This document shows positions 14,259 to 32,389 of a stretch of 64,000 bases of DNA, piece after piece. The notes under the pieces were generated by a model. It was not told where the DNA came from, did no database searches, and saw nothing but the letters and a program-made list of their open reading frames with translations. The stretch lies in NCBI RefSeq assembly GCF_009914755.1, contig NC_060945.1. One strand, 5' to 3'. The stretch's first letter is position 1. The number at the start of each line of letters is the position of its first letter. The translations under genes were made by a program, and so were the position numbers. The DNA comes from the human T2T-CHM13v2.0 reference genome, Homo sapiens.

Positions 14259-16184
14259 ATAGGTAAACGTTTGCCATGTTGATCTACTGCACAGATCATC
14301 CCATCACCCAGGTATTAAGCCCAGCATCCATTAGCTATTCTTCCTGATCCTCTCCCTCCTTCTACTCCCCACTCCGATAGCCCCCAGTATGTGTTGTTCA
14401 CCACCGTGTGTTTATATGTTCTCATCATTTGGCTCCCACTTATAAGTAAGAACATGTAGTATTTGGTTTTCTGTTCCTGCATTAGTTTGCTAAGGATAGC
14501 TCTAGCTCTATCCATGTCTATCCATATCTTCCAGCTTTATCCATGTCCCTGCAAAGGGCATGATCTCGTTCCTTATTAGGACCACAGAGTATTGCATGGT
14601 GTACATGTACCACATTTTCTTTATCCAGTCTATTACTGATGGGCATTTAGGTTGATTCTATGTCTTTGCTATTGTGAATAGTCCTGCAATAAACATACAT
14701 GTCCATGTGTCTTTATAATAGAATGACTTATATTCCTTTGGGTATATATACCCAGAAATGGGATAGCTGGGTTGAATGGTATTTCTGCCTCTATGTCTTT
14801 GAGTAATTGCCACAATGTATTCCACAATGGTTGAACATATTTACACTCCCAACAGCAGTATAAAAGCATTCCTTTTTCTCCACAACCTCACCAGCATCTG
14901 TTTGTTTTTTTGACTTTTTAGTAATAGCCATTCTGACTGTTGTGAGATAGTATCTCATTGTGGTTTTGATTTGCATTTCTCTAATGATCAGTGATGTCGA
15001 GTTTTTTTTCATATGTTTTTTGTCTGCATGTATGTCTTCTTTTGAGAAGTGTCTGTGCATGTCCATTGCCTACTCAAAAAAATTTTTTTCTTGTAAATTT
15101 AAGTTCCTTATTGATGCTGGATATCAGACTTTTGTCAGATGGATAGATTGCATAAGTTTTCTCTCATTCTGTAGGTTGTCTGTTTACTCTGTTGATAGTT
15201 TATTTTGCAATGCAGAGATCTTTAGTTTAACTAGATCCCATTTGTCAAATTTTGCTTTTATTGCAATTGCTTTCGGCATCTTCATCAGGAAATCTTTGCC
15301 TGTGCCTGTGACCTGAATGGTATTGGCTAGGTTTTCTTCTAGGGTTTCTATAGTTTTGGGTTTTACATTTAAATCTTTAATTCATCTTGAGTTGATTTTT
15401 GTCTGTGGTATAAGGAAGGGGCCCAATTTCAATTTTCTGCATGTGGCTAGCCAGTTCTCCCAGCACTATCTATTAAATAGGGAATTCTTTCCCAATTTCT
15501 GGTTTTTGTCAGGTTTGTCGAAGATCACATAGTTGTAGGTGTGTGGTCTTATTTCTGGGTTCTCTATTCTTTTCCACTGGTCAATGTGTCTGTTCTTGTA
15601 CCAGTACCATGCTGTTTTGGTCACTGTGGCCTTGTGGTATAGTTTGAAGTCAGGTAGTTTGATGCCTCCAGCTTTATTCCTTTTGCTTAGCACGTCCTTG
15701 GCTATTCAGGGTCTGTTTCAGTTCCATATGAATTTTAAAATAGTTTGTTTCTCATTCTGTGAAGAAGGTCAATGGTGGTTTAATGGGAATAGCATTGAAT
15801 CTATAAATTCCTTTGGGCAGTCTGACCATTTTCATGATACTGATTCTTCCTATCCATGAGCATTTTTCCTGTTTGTGTCATCTCTGATTTTTTTGAGCAG
15901 TAGTTTGTAGTTCTTGAAGAGGTCCTTCATTTCCCTTGTTAACTTAATTCATAGGTATTTTATTCATTTTGTGGCAATTGTGAATGAAAGCCTGTTCCTG
16001 ATTTTGCTCTAAGCTTGCCTTTTCCTGGTTTATAGGAATGCTAGCAATTTTTGCACATTGATTTTGTATCCTGAGCCCTTGCTGAATTTGCTTATTAGCT
16101 TAAGAAACTTTTGGGCTGAGCTGATGGAGATTTCTAGATATAGGATCATGTCATCTGCATACAAAGACAGATTGATTTCCTTTT

Positions 16185-16422
16185 TTTTACTTTATTTTTT
16201 TTTTACAATTTATAAATGATTTTATTTATTTATTTATTTATTTTATTATTATTATACTTTAAGTTTTAGGGTACATGTGCACAATGTGCAGGTTAGTTAC
16301 ATATGTGTACATGTGCCATGCTGGTGTGCTGCACCCATTAACTCATCATTTAGCATTAGGTATATCTCCTAATGCTATCCCTCCCCCCTCCCCCGACCCC
16401 AGAACAGTCCCCAGAGTGTGAC
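16185..16422 (-). mobile_element. Short young L1 3' fragment (L1PA2/3-like) nested in older L1
   Basis: ggttagttacatatg..atgctggtgtgc..tttagcattagg; TSD tgatttcctttt at 16173-16184 and 16423-16434. Confidence 0.92.
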
Positions 16423-17243
16423 TGATTTCCTTTTAATTCACTATTTCTTCCTCTTGCCTGATTGCCCTGGCCAGAACTTCCAATACTATGTTAAATAGGA
16501 GTAGTGAGAGAGGACATCTTTGTCTTTTGCTGGTTTTCAAGGGGAATGTTTCCAGCTTTTGCCTATTCAGTATGATAGGCAAAAGCTGTGGATTTGTCAT
16601 ATATGACTCTTATTATTTTGAGATATGTTCCTTCAACACCTAGTTTGTTAAGAGTTTTTAGCATGAAGGATGTTTAATTTTATCAAAGACATTTTCTGTA
16701 TCTATTGAGATAATCGTGTGGTTTTTGTCTTTAGTTCTGTTGATGTTACGAATCGCATTTATTGATTTGCATATGTTGAATTAGCCTCGTATCCCAGGGA
16801 TGAAGCCTACTTGATCGTGGTGAATAAGCTTTTTGGTGTGCTGCTAGATTCGGTTTGCCAGTATTTTGTGGAGGATTTTTGCGTCAATGTTTATCAAGGA
16901 TACTGGCCTGAAGATTTCTTTTTTTGTTATATCTCTGCTACGTTTTGGTGTCAGGATGATGCCGGCCTCATAGAACGAGTTAGGAAGGAGTCAGTGCTTT
17001 TTAATTTTTTGGAATAGTCTGAGTAAAAATGGTACCAGCTCTTCTTTGTACCTCTGAGAGAATTCAGCTGTGACTCCATCTGGTCCTGGGTTTTTTGTTT
17101 GTTTGTTTGTTTGTTTTTCGTTGGTAGGCTATTTATTACTGCCTCAATTTCAGAACTTGTTATTGGTCTATCAGGGATTCAATTCAGTCTTGGGTGGGTG
17201 TACATGTCCAGGAATTTATCCATTTCTTCTAGATTTTCTACTT

Positions 17244-17692
17244 TATGGGCTGCCATAACAAAGTATTGCCAACCAGGTGGCCTTGAAAACAGAAATGTAT
17301 TGTCTTATAATTCTGGGAGCTAGAAGCCTGAGATCAAGGTGTTGGCAGGGTTATTTTCTTCTGGGAATTGTGAAGGAGAATCTGTTTTATGTCTAACTCC
17401 TGACATCTGGAGGTTCACTAGAAATCCTTGGCATTCCTTGGCTTATAGAAGCATCACTCCAATGTCTGCCTTGATGTACCCAAAGTGTTTTCCCTGTACA
17501 CATGTTTGTGTCCGAATTTACCCTTTTATAAAGAGGCTAGTCATACTGAATTAGGGTCATACCCTACTCCTGTATGACCTAATTTTAACTAATTACATTT
17601 GCAACAATCATACAGCCAAATTAGGTTACATTCTGTGGTATTGAGGGTTAGTACTTCAACATCCAAATTTTTGAAGGACACAATTCAACAGG
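17244..17692 (-). mobile_element. MLT1B/C LTR
   Basis: ggctgccataacaaagta...gagatcaaggtgttggcaggg...ggacacaattcaac. Confidence 0.85.
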
Positions 17693-19247
17693 TTGCAGTC
17701 ATAAAGAATATTTTCCAAAAATACTTTGCAAACAAGTCCCTGAATACAGTGAATAGAACATGAAATGGAGCTTAAAACATGTCTTTTGACATAAAATAAA
17801 AGGCCTAGGGATCCTTAATTCTTCAAAGCCAAAATAACGAAGTTGAGACATTAAAGGGCAAATGTGAGTTACTGTTTTTCATTTAGTTGTCTGTTTTTTT
17901 TTAATTTGATACTGTATTTAAAATATATTGTTCCATTGTATCATCTTAAGGCTGGTGTAATGATAAGTTTGTAATCCTTAACAGTATCAATGACAATGAT
18001 AAACATTGAAAAGGCAACAGAGGAAAGCATGGTGTTTTGTGCCAGAACATAGAGGAGTTTTGAAGATATTGAGTTGAATTTAAAATGTCTACCAGGAAAG
18101 TAGTTTCAACCTCAAGGAAAAGGAAGAAACTATCAATGGAATGAAAATTACACTTTATCAGAGATATCTACTTCTTAACGAAGGTTCCATTTTTATAGAG
18201 AAATAGCATAAATTACCCAAAAAGTTATCAAAATTGGCTGCTAGAATAGAATTTAAGTGCAGAGTAAACAGGGAATTTGAGAAGATGTAGTGTCTTAAAA
18301 TTCTGTAAATTTTAATAAGTATGAAGCAACAGATTATTATCACACTGAATTGAATTTTCAGTTAAATTCAGTAATTTGCAGTCATATGCCTTTTCTGTTT
18401 TCCTGTATTCATTACTTGTAAGTCAACAAAAGCCATTTCTGAAAACAAAATTAGACTTTAAAAAGTTTTCTTTATATTTTAGATTCATATTCTAATATAT
18501 ACAAATATTTTATATAACTGTTTTATTGTTCATTTTGTTATTTGGTATTTGCAATTTCTAGATAAATAATTGGCTCTATATTCTGTTCATATCCAACATA
18601 TTCCAACAGAGGACACTTAATATTTCCATAAAAATAAAAATGCTGGTGAAAATGTGTCCATTTTTACAGTCTATTTACTCAGCATTATTGCTCATTCATA
18701 TTTATTTGTTATTTTCCTGCATTTTCTGCAATAGTTATCATATCTCAAACTGACAGCTTCCAAAATTACTATTGAGTCCAATTCTTTTTTGTGGATATAG
18801 GTAGAATTGATTACCACCCTCTTTGATACTCAGGGGACTTTTTTCTGAATTGCTGCACATAAGCAAAATATTTAATGCTTATGCATATAGGGCTAAGTAT
18901 AGAATAGACACTTAAGAAAAGCTTTTAAATAAATGAATGTGCTATGGATAGATTAAGAGCTAAGAGAGCATATGACAAAATGAATGCAGTAATCAGTGAA
19001 TGACAAGAAAAACTGCTAACCCCGAATTATAAAAAGATTTTTCATTTATGGATTTGCCAATTTTTATCAACTGGATATCATTACCATCGATACTAATGAG
19101 GTGAGTGTTAATAAGTATATATTATTTAATTTCTGAGAATAGTACTCCTGAAGAAGATTATATAAAAGAATAACACTAGAAGGGGAACATCATCCCCAAA
19201 TATGAAGATTCAGAAATCATTGTGCACTATCCTTAAATTTAAAAAAA

Positions 19248-19248
<1 letters not shown>

Positions 19249-19279
<31 letters not shown>
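19249..19279. repeat. (TA)n(TG)n microsatellite
   Basis: Seen directly. Confidence 0.9.
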
Positions 19280-20799
19280 AATTTGTAGGTGTGAGTTTAT
19301 TGTGTTTGAAAGATAAAGCAGCTTTATATTTAATTAAATTGGTTTTTTGAATCACACTTAAGCAAATACTTAACACTTGCACAAAATCATGTCTGACTTT
19401 CTAAATTCTTTCTAATACTTTTTGTTTTGTAAATTTTTCTACACATGAATTATATTACAAATTATGTTGTAATTCAAATTTGTTATACTTTGGTGGTCAT
19501 TTTTTCTAAACAACTTCAGAATTGTATTTTTAGAGATTTACATATTTCAATGTTGTCATGCACATTTCAAAGAAAATTATATGGACCAGTTTTGTTTCAT
19601 GTAACTGTACTATTTTAATATGATAGATGACTTCTTCTTTAGTACTTGAGTAAATGTCTCTTATTACCTGAAATTTCTCTGCTTTATTCATTCATTTTTT
19701 CCAACTTTATGGTGATAACTTGTTTAAAAAGCACACTTTGTTTCTAACTTGGTAAATACAATGTTTTCTTCATTGTCTTATGAAAAATAGTGTTTATGTA
19801 CAATCAAATATTATACTTTTTCACTGAAAAATTATGGCTGCTTCATATTTATGCTGTAATGATATTTACAGCATTATCCAAGGTTATGGTTTTATAGTGT
19901 GTGGATTTTGAGTGCCTCCATAATATCTCAAAAACGTCTCTTTGCAGCGTTTATTTATTTCCCTTAAATGAAATAAACTTGATCTTTGAGACGTAGGTCT
20001 ATGATTTTTAAATATGCCCCAAATGTTATTATGTGACATTTTATAATGTTTACCTTTTTTTCCTCTGGGAAATAAAATTCAATTGAAAATAATTAGTGAA
20101 CAAATAAATAAATAAAAACAGACAAACACCAAAAAACACTAGAATTCTGAATTTTATTATCTAATGTTAGGATAATTAAGGACATATGTGACCATGTTAG
20201 AAATAAAGTTGAAAATATGCTTTTAATAATTTGAAATGCATTAAGGATTTTGTACAGTATATACTATTTTCTTAAAACATGAAGATGTTGCTGATTTATT
20301 TTAATTTTTTCACTATCAAAACTGTATAAATTATATTTTGAATAGTCAAGATAATGGTATTATATAACATCATTTAGAATTTTTCAAATAATTACATTTT
20401 TATAAACTATGTTAAATATTAATTTTCATAGACGAAGTTAGCTTTTTACTTGCACACAATGTGGAATTTTGGTGAAGCAGAAAATCACCTCATTATGAAA
20501 AATATATTGATGGTTTCAATATCAATGAGAAGGAATATCAACGAAAAATCGTGTATATCAATGGAAAAAATCAAACATTTAGTTCATGTTTCACAACAAT
20601 TTTAACAATGTAGTGATTCTAATTGCCCTATTTCAAGTTTAAATAAATTTGTAATATATAATTTGCATTTAAATGTTTCCCCTAAATTTTGATTTATAAA
20701 CAACATTTCAATGGCTTTGTTGAGTCAACCATAGAACTCAAAAATTCTTATTCAGATCTTTCCCTGTTCCCACTTATGTTGCCTATGCTAGAATTGTCA

Positions 20800-21260
20800 G
20801 TGTTGTGGGACAGAGACAAGTAGGTGAGTCCCAGTAAAAGTTTTCACTTCCTCTATTGTAAGAACCCTTTACCTGTGAACATAACCACCAAAGTCTAAAA
20901 ATACAGTATTTAGGCTGTCTTGCATACAGTCTGGCCTGTGACTAAGTTCTGGCATAGAAGTGTTACAAGGAATCTTCTAAGGATCCTTTGTCAAAGACAA
21001 TTCGAACACTTTATTCTTCTCTCTTATATCGCCTGGAATAAGGATGGGGTACCTGGAGCTCTGGATCATGTATTTCATAAGGGATAAATTGTTTAGCACA
21101 AGGGAGTATCAATCTCTAAAAACTTCATGGGCTAAGAAGTTTTATCATCATTAGACCACCTGGCTCTTGACTATTATGAGGGAAAAATAACTAACTTATT
21201 GAAGTCACTGATATATGGGTTATGTGCAACTCAGAAGGAACTTAACATTTGCTGCTACAA
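20800..21260 (+). mobile_element. Old MLT1 (I/J/K-like) LTR
   Basis: tggcctgtgactaagttctggc; gcctggaat..gatg..ctggagctc; tgagggaaaaataac..tgaagtcactg. Confidence 0.55.
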
Positions 21261-21949
21261 ATTTGTGCTAACAGCTTCTGTTTATGGTTTGCTATAATAC
21301 ATCTTACAAATATAAGGTTAAACTTCGTTTCTATTTTATACAAATAAACACAGCGATTAAAAAGATAATGCTTCTTACATGAAACAATTGTGGTAGATAC
21401 TAGCTAGTGCATCTTGGATATTTGTGGATAACAGTTCTGCTCTACCACTAGCCCCAGGGTACCTCACCATCCCTGCCTATACCCTTATAAATGTGTTGCT
21501 TTATTAAGGCATTTGAAATGACTCCCTCTGAGTGTGTTACCTGTGCAAATTGAACACTGAAAATGGCATAATTAATACTAAGTTTTCCACTAATTGGCAT
21601 AGGATGAAATGTGGGTGTAGAGGCAAGCAGGTGACAGATTAAGTCGTTTGGCAAGTATAAATACTACACATAATTTAGCTTCATTTAACTGCTCTAGAGG
21701 GAAACTAGTCAGGCCAAATGTGTTGATATGGATAAACTAACTCAGAATTAGGAAATACTTTAAGTACCTGGGAACTGTCAGCTAGCTTAGTTAATTAAAT
21801 TCTCAACTCAGATGGGACTTTAGTCAGTGAGATACAAATTTCGGAATATCCCTGGAATATAGAAGGGGAAGAAACCCAGTGACTCAGGGAGAATAGCAAT
21901 TTTTCAGCGGCCTTTGATGAGTAGCCTATGGGTATCTAGGTGTCCTATT

Positions 21950-22960
<1,011 letters not shown>

Positions 22961-23069
22961 GTGCATGTAATCATATTGTTATATTTCCTTTACCGTAAGT
23001 TAAGGAAAGTGGTCCTATGAGATTACAAGTTGATACATAGGCATTCTGTAAGACCATGAGAGGTAATAA

Positions 23070-24802
23070 GGTATAAGGAAGGGGTCCAGTTTCCATTTTC
23101 TGCATATGGCTGGTCAATTCTGCCAGCATCATTTATTAAATATGGAATCATTTCCTTATTGCTTGTTTTTGTCAGGCTTGTCAAAAATCAGATGGTTGAT
23201 GTGTGGTTTTATTTCTGAGTTCTCTATTCTGTTCCATTGATCTGTGTACAAGTACCATGTTGTTTTGGTTACTGTAGCCTTGTAGCATAGTTTGAAGTCA
23301 GGTAGCGTGATGCCTCCAGCTTTGTTCTTTTTGCTTAGGATTGTCTTGGCTATATGGGCCCTTTTTTGGTTCCATATGAAATTTAAAGTAGTTTTTTTCT
23401 AATTCTATGAAGAAAATCAATGGTAGTTGGGGATATAGCACTGAATCTATAAATTACTTTAGCAGTATGGCCATTTTCATGATATTGATTCTTCCTATCC
23501 ATGAGCATGGAACGTTTTTCTGTCTGTTTGTGTTGTCTCTGATTTCCTTGAGCAGTGGTTTGTAGTTCTCCTTGAAGAGGTCCTTGACCTCAATTGTTAG
23601 CCGTATTCCTAGGTATTTTATTCTCTTGTGGCAAAAATTAACTCAAGGTGGATTAGACACTTAAATGTAAAACCCAAAACTATAAAAACCCTAAAAGAAA
23701 ACCTAAGCCATACTATTCAGGACCTAGGCATGGGCAAAGATTTTATGATGAGATCATCAAAAGCAATTGCTACAAAAGCAACAATTGACAAATGGGATCT
23801 AATTGCATTAAAGAGCTTCTGCACAGCAAAATAAACTATCATCAGAGTGAACAGGCAACCTACAGAATGGGAGAACATTTCTGCAATCTGTCTTTCTGAC
23901 AAAGGTCTAATATCCTGTATCTACAAGGAACTTAAGCAAATTTACAAGGATAAAAATGAACAATCCCATTAAAAAGTGGGCAAAGGATAGGAATACACAC
24001 CTCTCAAGAGAAGGCATACATGCAGACAACAAACATATGAAAAAAAGCTCAACATCACTGATGATCAGAGAAATGCAAATCAAAACCACACAGTGAAATA
24101 TCATCTTGTGCCAATCAGAAAGGCAATTATTAAAAAGTCAATAAACAGATGCTGCAAGGTTGAGGAGAAATAGGAACATTTTTATGGTGTTGGTGGGAAT
24201 GGAAATTAGTTTAACCATTGTGGAAGATAGTGTAGTGATTCCTCGAGAATCTAGAACCAGAAATACCATTTGACACAGCAATCCCTTTACTGGGTATACA
24301 CACCCAAAGGAATATAAAGCATTCTATTATAAAGATACATGCACACATATGTTCATTGCATCACCATTTACAATAGCAAAGATGTGGAATTAACCTAAAT
24401 CCCCATCAATGATAAACTGGGTAAAGAAAATATAGTACATATACACCATGGAATACTATGCCACCATAAAAGGAAGATCATGTCCTTTGCAGGGACATGG
24501 ATGAAGCTGGAAGCTATTATTCTCAGTAAACTAATGCAGGAATAAAATAACCAAACACTGCATGTTTTCACTTACAGTGGGAGCTGAACACATGGACACA
24601 GGGAGCGGAACAATAAACTCTGGGGCCTCTTGGGGAGGTGAGGGAGCATCAGGAAAAATAGCTAATGCATGCCAGGCTTAATACCTAGGTGATGGGTTAA
24701 TAGGTGCAGCAAACCATCATGGCACACATTTACCTACGTAACAAACCTGCACATGCTGCGCATGCACTCTGAAACTTAAAATGAAATAAAATTTAAAAAA
24801 AG
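23070..24802 (+). mobile_element. L1 (L1PA10-12-like) with 5' inversion
   Basis: 23070-23632 antisense ORF2; 23632-24802 sense ORF2, 3'UTR and A tail; the two pieces are near-contiguous in consensus. Confidence 0.9.
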
Positions 24803-25411
24803 AAAGGGAATAATGCCAGAAGCATTGCAATAAAGAAAGGACATTTAATACTCAGAATATATCGATACTTATGAGAATAAACTCCTGACTCCGCATTCAC
24901 CCACGGACATTTTTAAAATCTCATGTCAAAGAACCAACAAACTGAAAAGGGTGACCAAAGTGAATAAATCTAATTATCAAGCATGAACTAGGATACTGCT
25001 ACAAAACAGGAGTAAATAAGACCCAAGGCAACTCACTGGTGTTCCTAATACTACTTTGCTCAAAAGGTTTAGCCAATAAAAAATTACATCTATTAAGACA
25101 GTACTGATGTAGATACAGATAATTCAGGAAAAAAATAGCTTCAGATTACCTTCACCTCAGGAAATAACCCATTTTATCAGATTTCCAGCAAAAGATAAGA
25201 AGAATATGGAATACCTGAAAGAAGAAAGCAATGTTTATAAAGTTAAATCTTGTGATAAGCTGCAAAAGAGTGGCTCTGGGAGTGAGAAGAATTAAGAATA
25301 CCAGCTATGCTTTAAGTCAATTTTGGTTTTCTTCCCTTTACCCAACACCATGCCCAAAGGATTTAAGTCTTTGAGAGCCTGACAAAATTGACTTGTATTA
25401 TGTGGTATTTT

Positions 25412-25908
<497 letters not shown>

Positions 25909-25964
25909 TAGCTTATTATACTTTGTATATCTATTTTGGGAAGGTGCATTTTCATCTTAAGAAA

Positions 25965-26180
25965 AGACATATATATATGTATTTATGTATACATATATAT
26001 ATTTATGTATACATACATATGTATTTATGTGTATATATATGTATTTATGTACACATGTATATAAACAAATATACACTCACACATGTATATATACACTTAT
26101 ATTTATATATAAAATATACATATAGCACAAATACATATTTGCATGTCTGTATACATATATATTAATATTTTTGTATATTA
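25965..26180. repeat. (TA)/(TG)/(CA) low-complexity tract
   Basis: Seen directly. Confidence 0.9.
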
Positions 26181-29100
26181 TAATTTTAATTCTATTTGTA
26201 ACCTAATCTGGAATAGAACAATAAATTGGGAAACTCTGGGTACATAATTTTTTTCTTCATTATGAAATATTTTATTACATTCATTTTTATATAACAAAAG
26301 ATTTAAACTACAAAAACAAAAGCATGTGTATATATAATATTATATTTTACTAATCTAATTGAAATGAAACTTTTAAAAGATTGACTGTTCAGTAATTTTC
26401 TCTTGTTTGTTTTTATTCTATTTTTAATTGACATAATTGGACATATTTATTTGGTACAGTGTAATGTTTTGATACATGTATAAATTAGGTAACAATGAAA
26501 TCAGGCTATTTAGCATATCCATCACCTCATACATTTATCATTTCTGTGTGGTAAGAGCATTCAATATTCCCTGTTCTAACTATTTTGAAATATATAGAGT
26601 TAACCATAGTCACTCCACTGTGTAATAAAACACCAGAACTTACTCCTATATAACTGAAATTTAATATACTTTGACCTACATCTCCTGAATGCCCAACACC
26701 CATAGCTCTGGTTACCTCAATTTAGCTCTCTACTTCAAAGAGAATTAGAGTTCAACTATTTTAGATTTCACATATTAGTGAAATCATGTAGTATTTGTCT
26801 TTCTGCGCCTGTATTATTTCAATTAACATAATGCCTTTCAGATTCTCTCATGTTCCTGCAAATGACAGGATTTTATTCTTTTTCATGGATTAATAGTATT
26901 CCATTGGGTATATATACCACAAGTTCTTTATTAATTTATCCGTTGATGAACAATTAAGTTGATTCTCTGTGATGGTTTTTGTTAATAGTATTGCAGTCAA
27001 CATGACTGACTTTATTTATTTTGGCTATGTGCCCTGTAGTGGGATTACTGGATCATATGGGACTTCTCTTTTTGATTTTTTGAGGAGCCTGCATACTGCT
27101 TTCCATAATAGTACTAATTTTCATTCTCACTAACAATGTATGAATTTCTCTGATTTCACATCCACACGAGTATTTATTTATTTTGATAATTGCTACTCTA
27201 ATTGGGGTGAGGTGATATCTCATGGTTTTGATTTGCATTTTTCTAATGATTAGTGATGTTGAGCATTTTAAGATATATCTATTGACCATTTGCTTGTCTT
27301 CTTTTAAGCAATGTCTACTCAGATCTTTTGATTGTTTTAAAAATATTGCTATTGAATTATTTATGAATTTCTTATATATTCTGGATATTAAAACCTTATC
27401 AGCTGAATAGCTTGCCATTTTTTCTGCATTCTGTAGGTTGTCTCTTCATTTTCTTAATTGTTTACTTTGCTGTGGCAGTAGCTTTTTGGCTTGATGTAAT
27501 CTCATTTGTCTATGTTTTCTTTTGTTGCCTGTGCTTTTGGGGTCTTATCCAAAAAATTCTTGTGCAGATCAGTGTCATAAAGTGTTTCTTTTATGTTTTC
27601 TTATAGTAATATTACCATTTAGGATCTCACATTTAATACTTTAATAATTTTTAGTTGATTTTTGTTTATGGTGAGACCTAGGGGTTTATCTTCATTCTTC
27701 ACTGCATGTGGACCTCCAGTTTTCCCTGAACCATTTACTGATTAGAGTACCTTTCTCCACTTTGCATTTTTAGCACCATTGTCCATAGTAAGTTCACTGT
27801 AAGTGTATGGAATTCTTCTGTGTTCTCTATTCTGTTCCTTTGGTCTATGTGTCTATTTTGATGCCAGCACCATGCTGTTTTAGTTACTCTATCTTGATAA
27901 TATATTTTGAAGACAGAAAATGTCATGACTTCAACTTTGATCTTTTTGGTAAAGGTTACCTTGGCTATTGAGAGTCCTTTGTGGCTCCATATGAATTTTA
28001 GGAGTATCTTTCTCTGTGTCTGTGGAGAATGTCATTGATATTTTGATAAAGATCCCATTGAATGTATATCATTTTGGGTACTGTGGATATTGTAACAATA
28101 TCATTTCTTTCAATCAATGAGCATGGAATATCTATTTATTTGTATCTTCTTTATTTTCTTTTATCACTTTTTTTGCTTTTATTTTACACATCTTTTACCT
28201 CTGTGGCTAATTTTATTCCTAAGTATTTTATTTTATTTGTAGCTGTTGTAAATGGAATTATTTTCTTGAGTTCTTTTTCATATAGTTTTCTACTACTGTA
28301 CAGAAACACTACTGATTTTTGTATGTTGATTTTGTATCCTGCATCTATATTGAATTTGTGAATTAGTTCTAACAGTTTTTTGGTGGAATCTTTAGGGTTT
28401 TCTATATATATAAGAACATGCCACCTATGCAGACAATTCAACCTCTTCCTTTCCAATTTGGATTCCCTTTATTTCTTTCTCTTGTCTGATTACTCTGGCT
28501 AAGTCTTCCAATACCATGTTGACTACAAGTGGCAAGAGTGGCCATCCTTGTCTTGTTCCAGATTTTAGAGGGCAAGCTTTCAACTATTATATTACCCCTG
28601 AGTTCATCATATATGGCCTTTGATAGATTGAGGTACTTTTCTTCTATACTTAACTTTTTGAGAATTTTATTATAAAGGGATGTTGAATTTTGTCAAATCC
28701 TTTTTCTGAATCTATTGAAATTGTAATATGATTCTTGTCCTTCATTTGTTGATATGATGTATCATGTTTATTGATCTTCATATTTTATGTTCAACCATTC
28801 TTGCATTCCTAGGATGAGGCCCACTTGATCATGTTGAATGATCTTTTTAATATTAATAGGCTGTTGAATTTGTTTTGCTAGTATTTCCTTGAGGATTTTT
28901 GCATGCATGTTCATTTGGAATATTGATTGGCTTGTAGGCGGTTGTTTTGGTTTAGTTTGGTGTGAGTGCATGTGCATGTGTGTGTATGTTTGTGTGTTTG
29001 TGTCCTTGACTGATTTTGGTGTCAGGGTAATGGTGGCTCAGTAGATGAGTTTAAGAGTATTTCTTCTCCTTTTATATGTTGAAATAGCTTCATAAGAATT

Positions 29101-29555
29101 GGTATTATGTTTTCATTAAATGTTTTATAGAATCCAGCAGTGAGGTAATTTTTTTTAAAGGAAACTTTTTATTACTTATTCACATCTTAGTGCTCATTAT
29201 TAGCTGTGTTCAGATTTTCTATTGTTTCAAGATACAATATTGATAGGTTGCATGTGTCCAGATATTTATCTGTTTCTGCTAGCATTATCCTATATATTGG
29301 TAATTTTTTGTATTTTTATAATATCAATTCTTTTTTTAAATTTTATTATTATTACACTTTAAGTTTTAGGGTACATGTGCACAATGTGCAGGTTTGTTAC
29401 ATATGTATACATGTGCCATGTTTGTGTGCTGCACCCATTAACTCGTCATTTAACATTAGGTATATCTCCTAATACTATCCCTCTCCCCTCCCCCCACCTC
29501 ACAACAGTCCCCAAAGTGTGATGTTCCCCTTCCTGTGTCCATGTGTACTCATTGT

Positions 29556-31725
<2,170 letters not shown>

Positions 31726-31728
31726 CTA

Positions 31729-32389
<661 letters not shown>

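Larger units (their letters stand above)
13785..17243 (-). mobile_element. 5'-truncated L1 (L1PA13-15-like) with nested THE1D and L1PA2/3
   Basis: 3'UTR gttcaggggtacat...cagatcatcccatcacccaggtattaagcccagc; broken ORF2 homology (ORFs 14791-15066, 15466-15693). Confidence 0.9.

Noticed and set aside
14315-17323. Many short ORFs on both strands
   Set aside because: Broken L1 ORF2 and its antisense frames
19098-19106. Consensus donor GAG|GTGAGT
   Set aside because: No convincing upstream acceptor; such motifs are expected by chance in 64 kb
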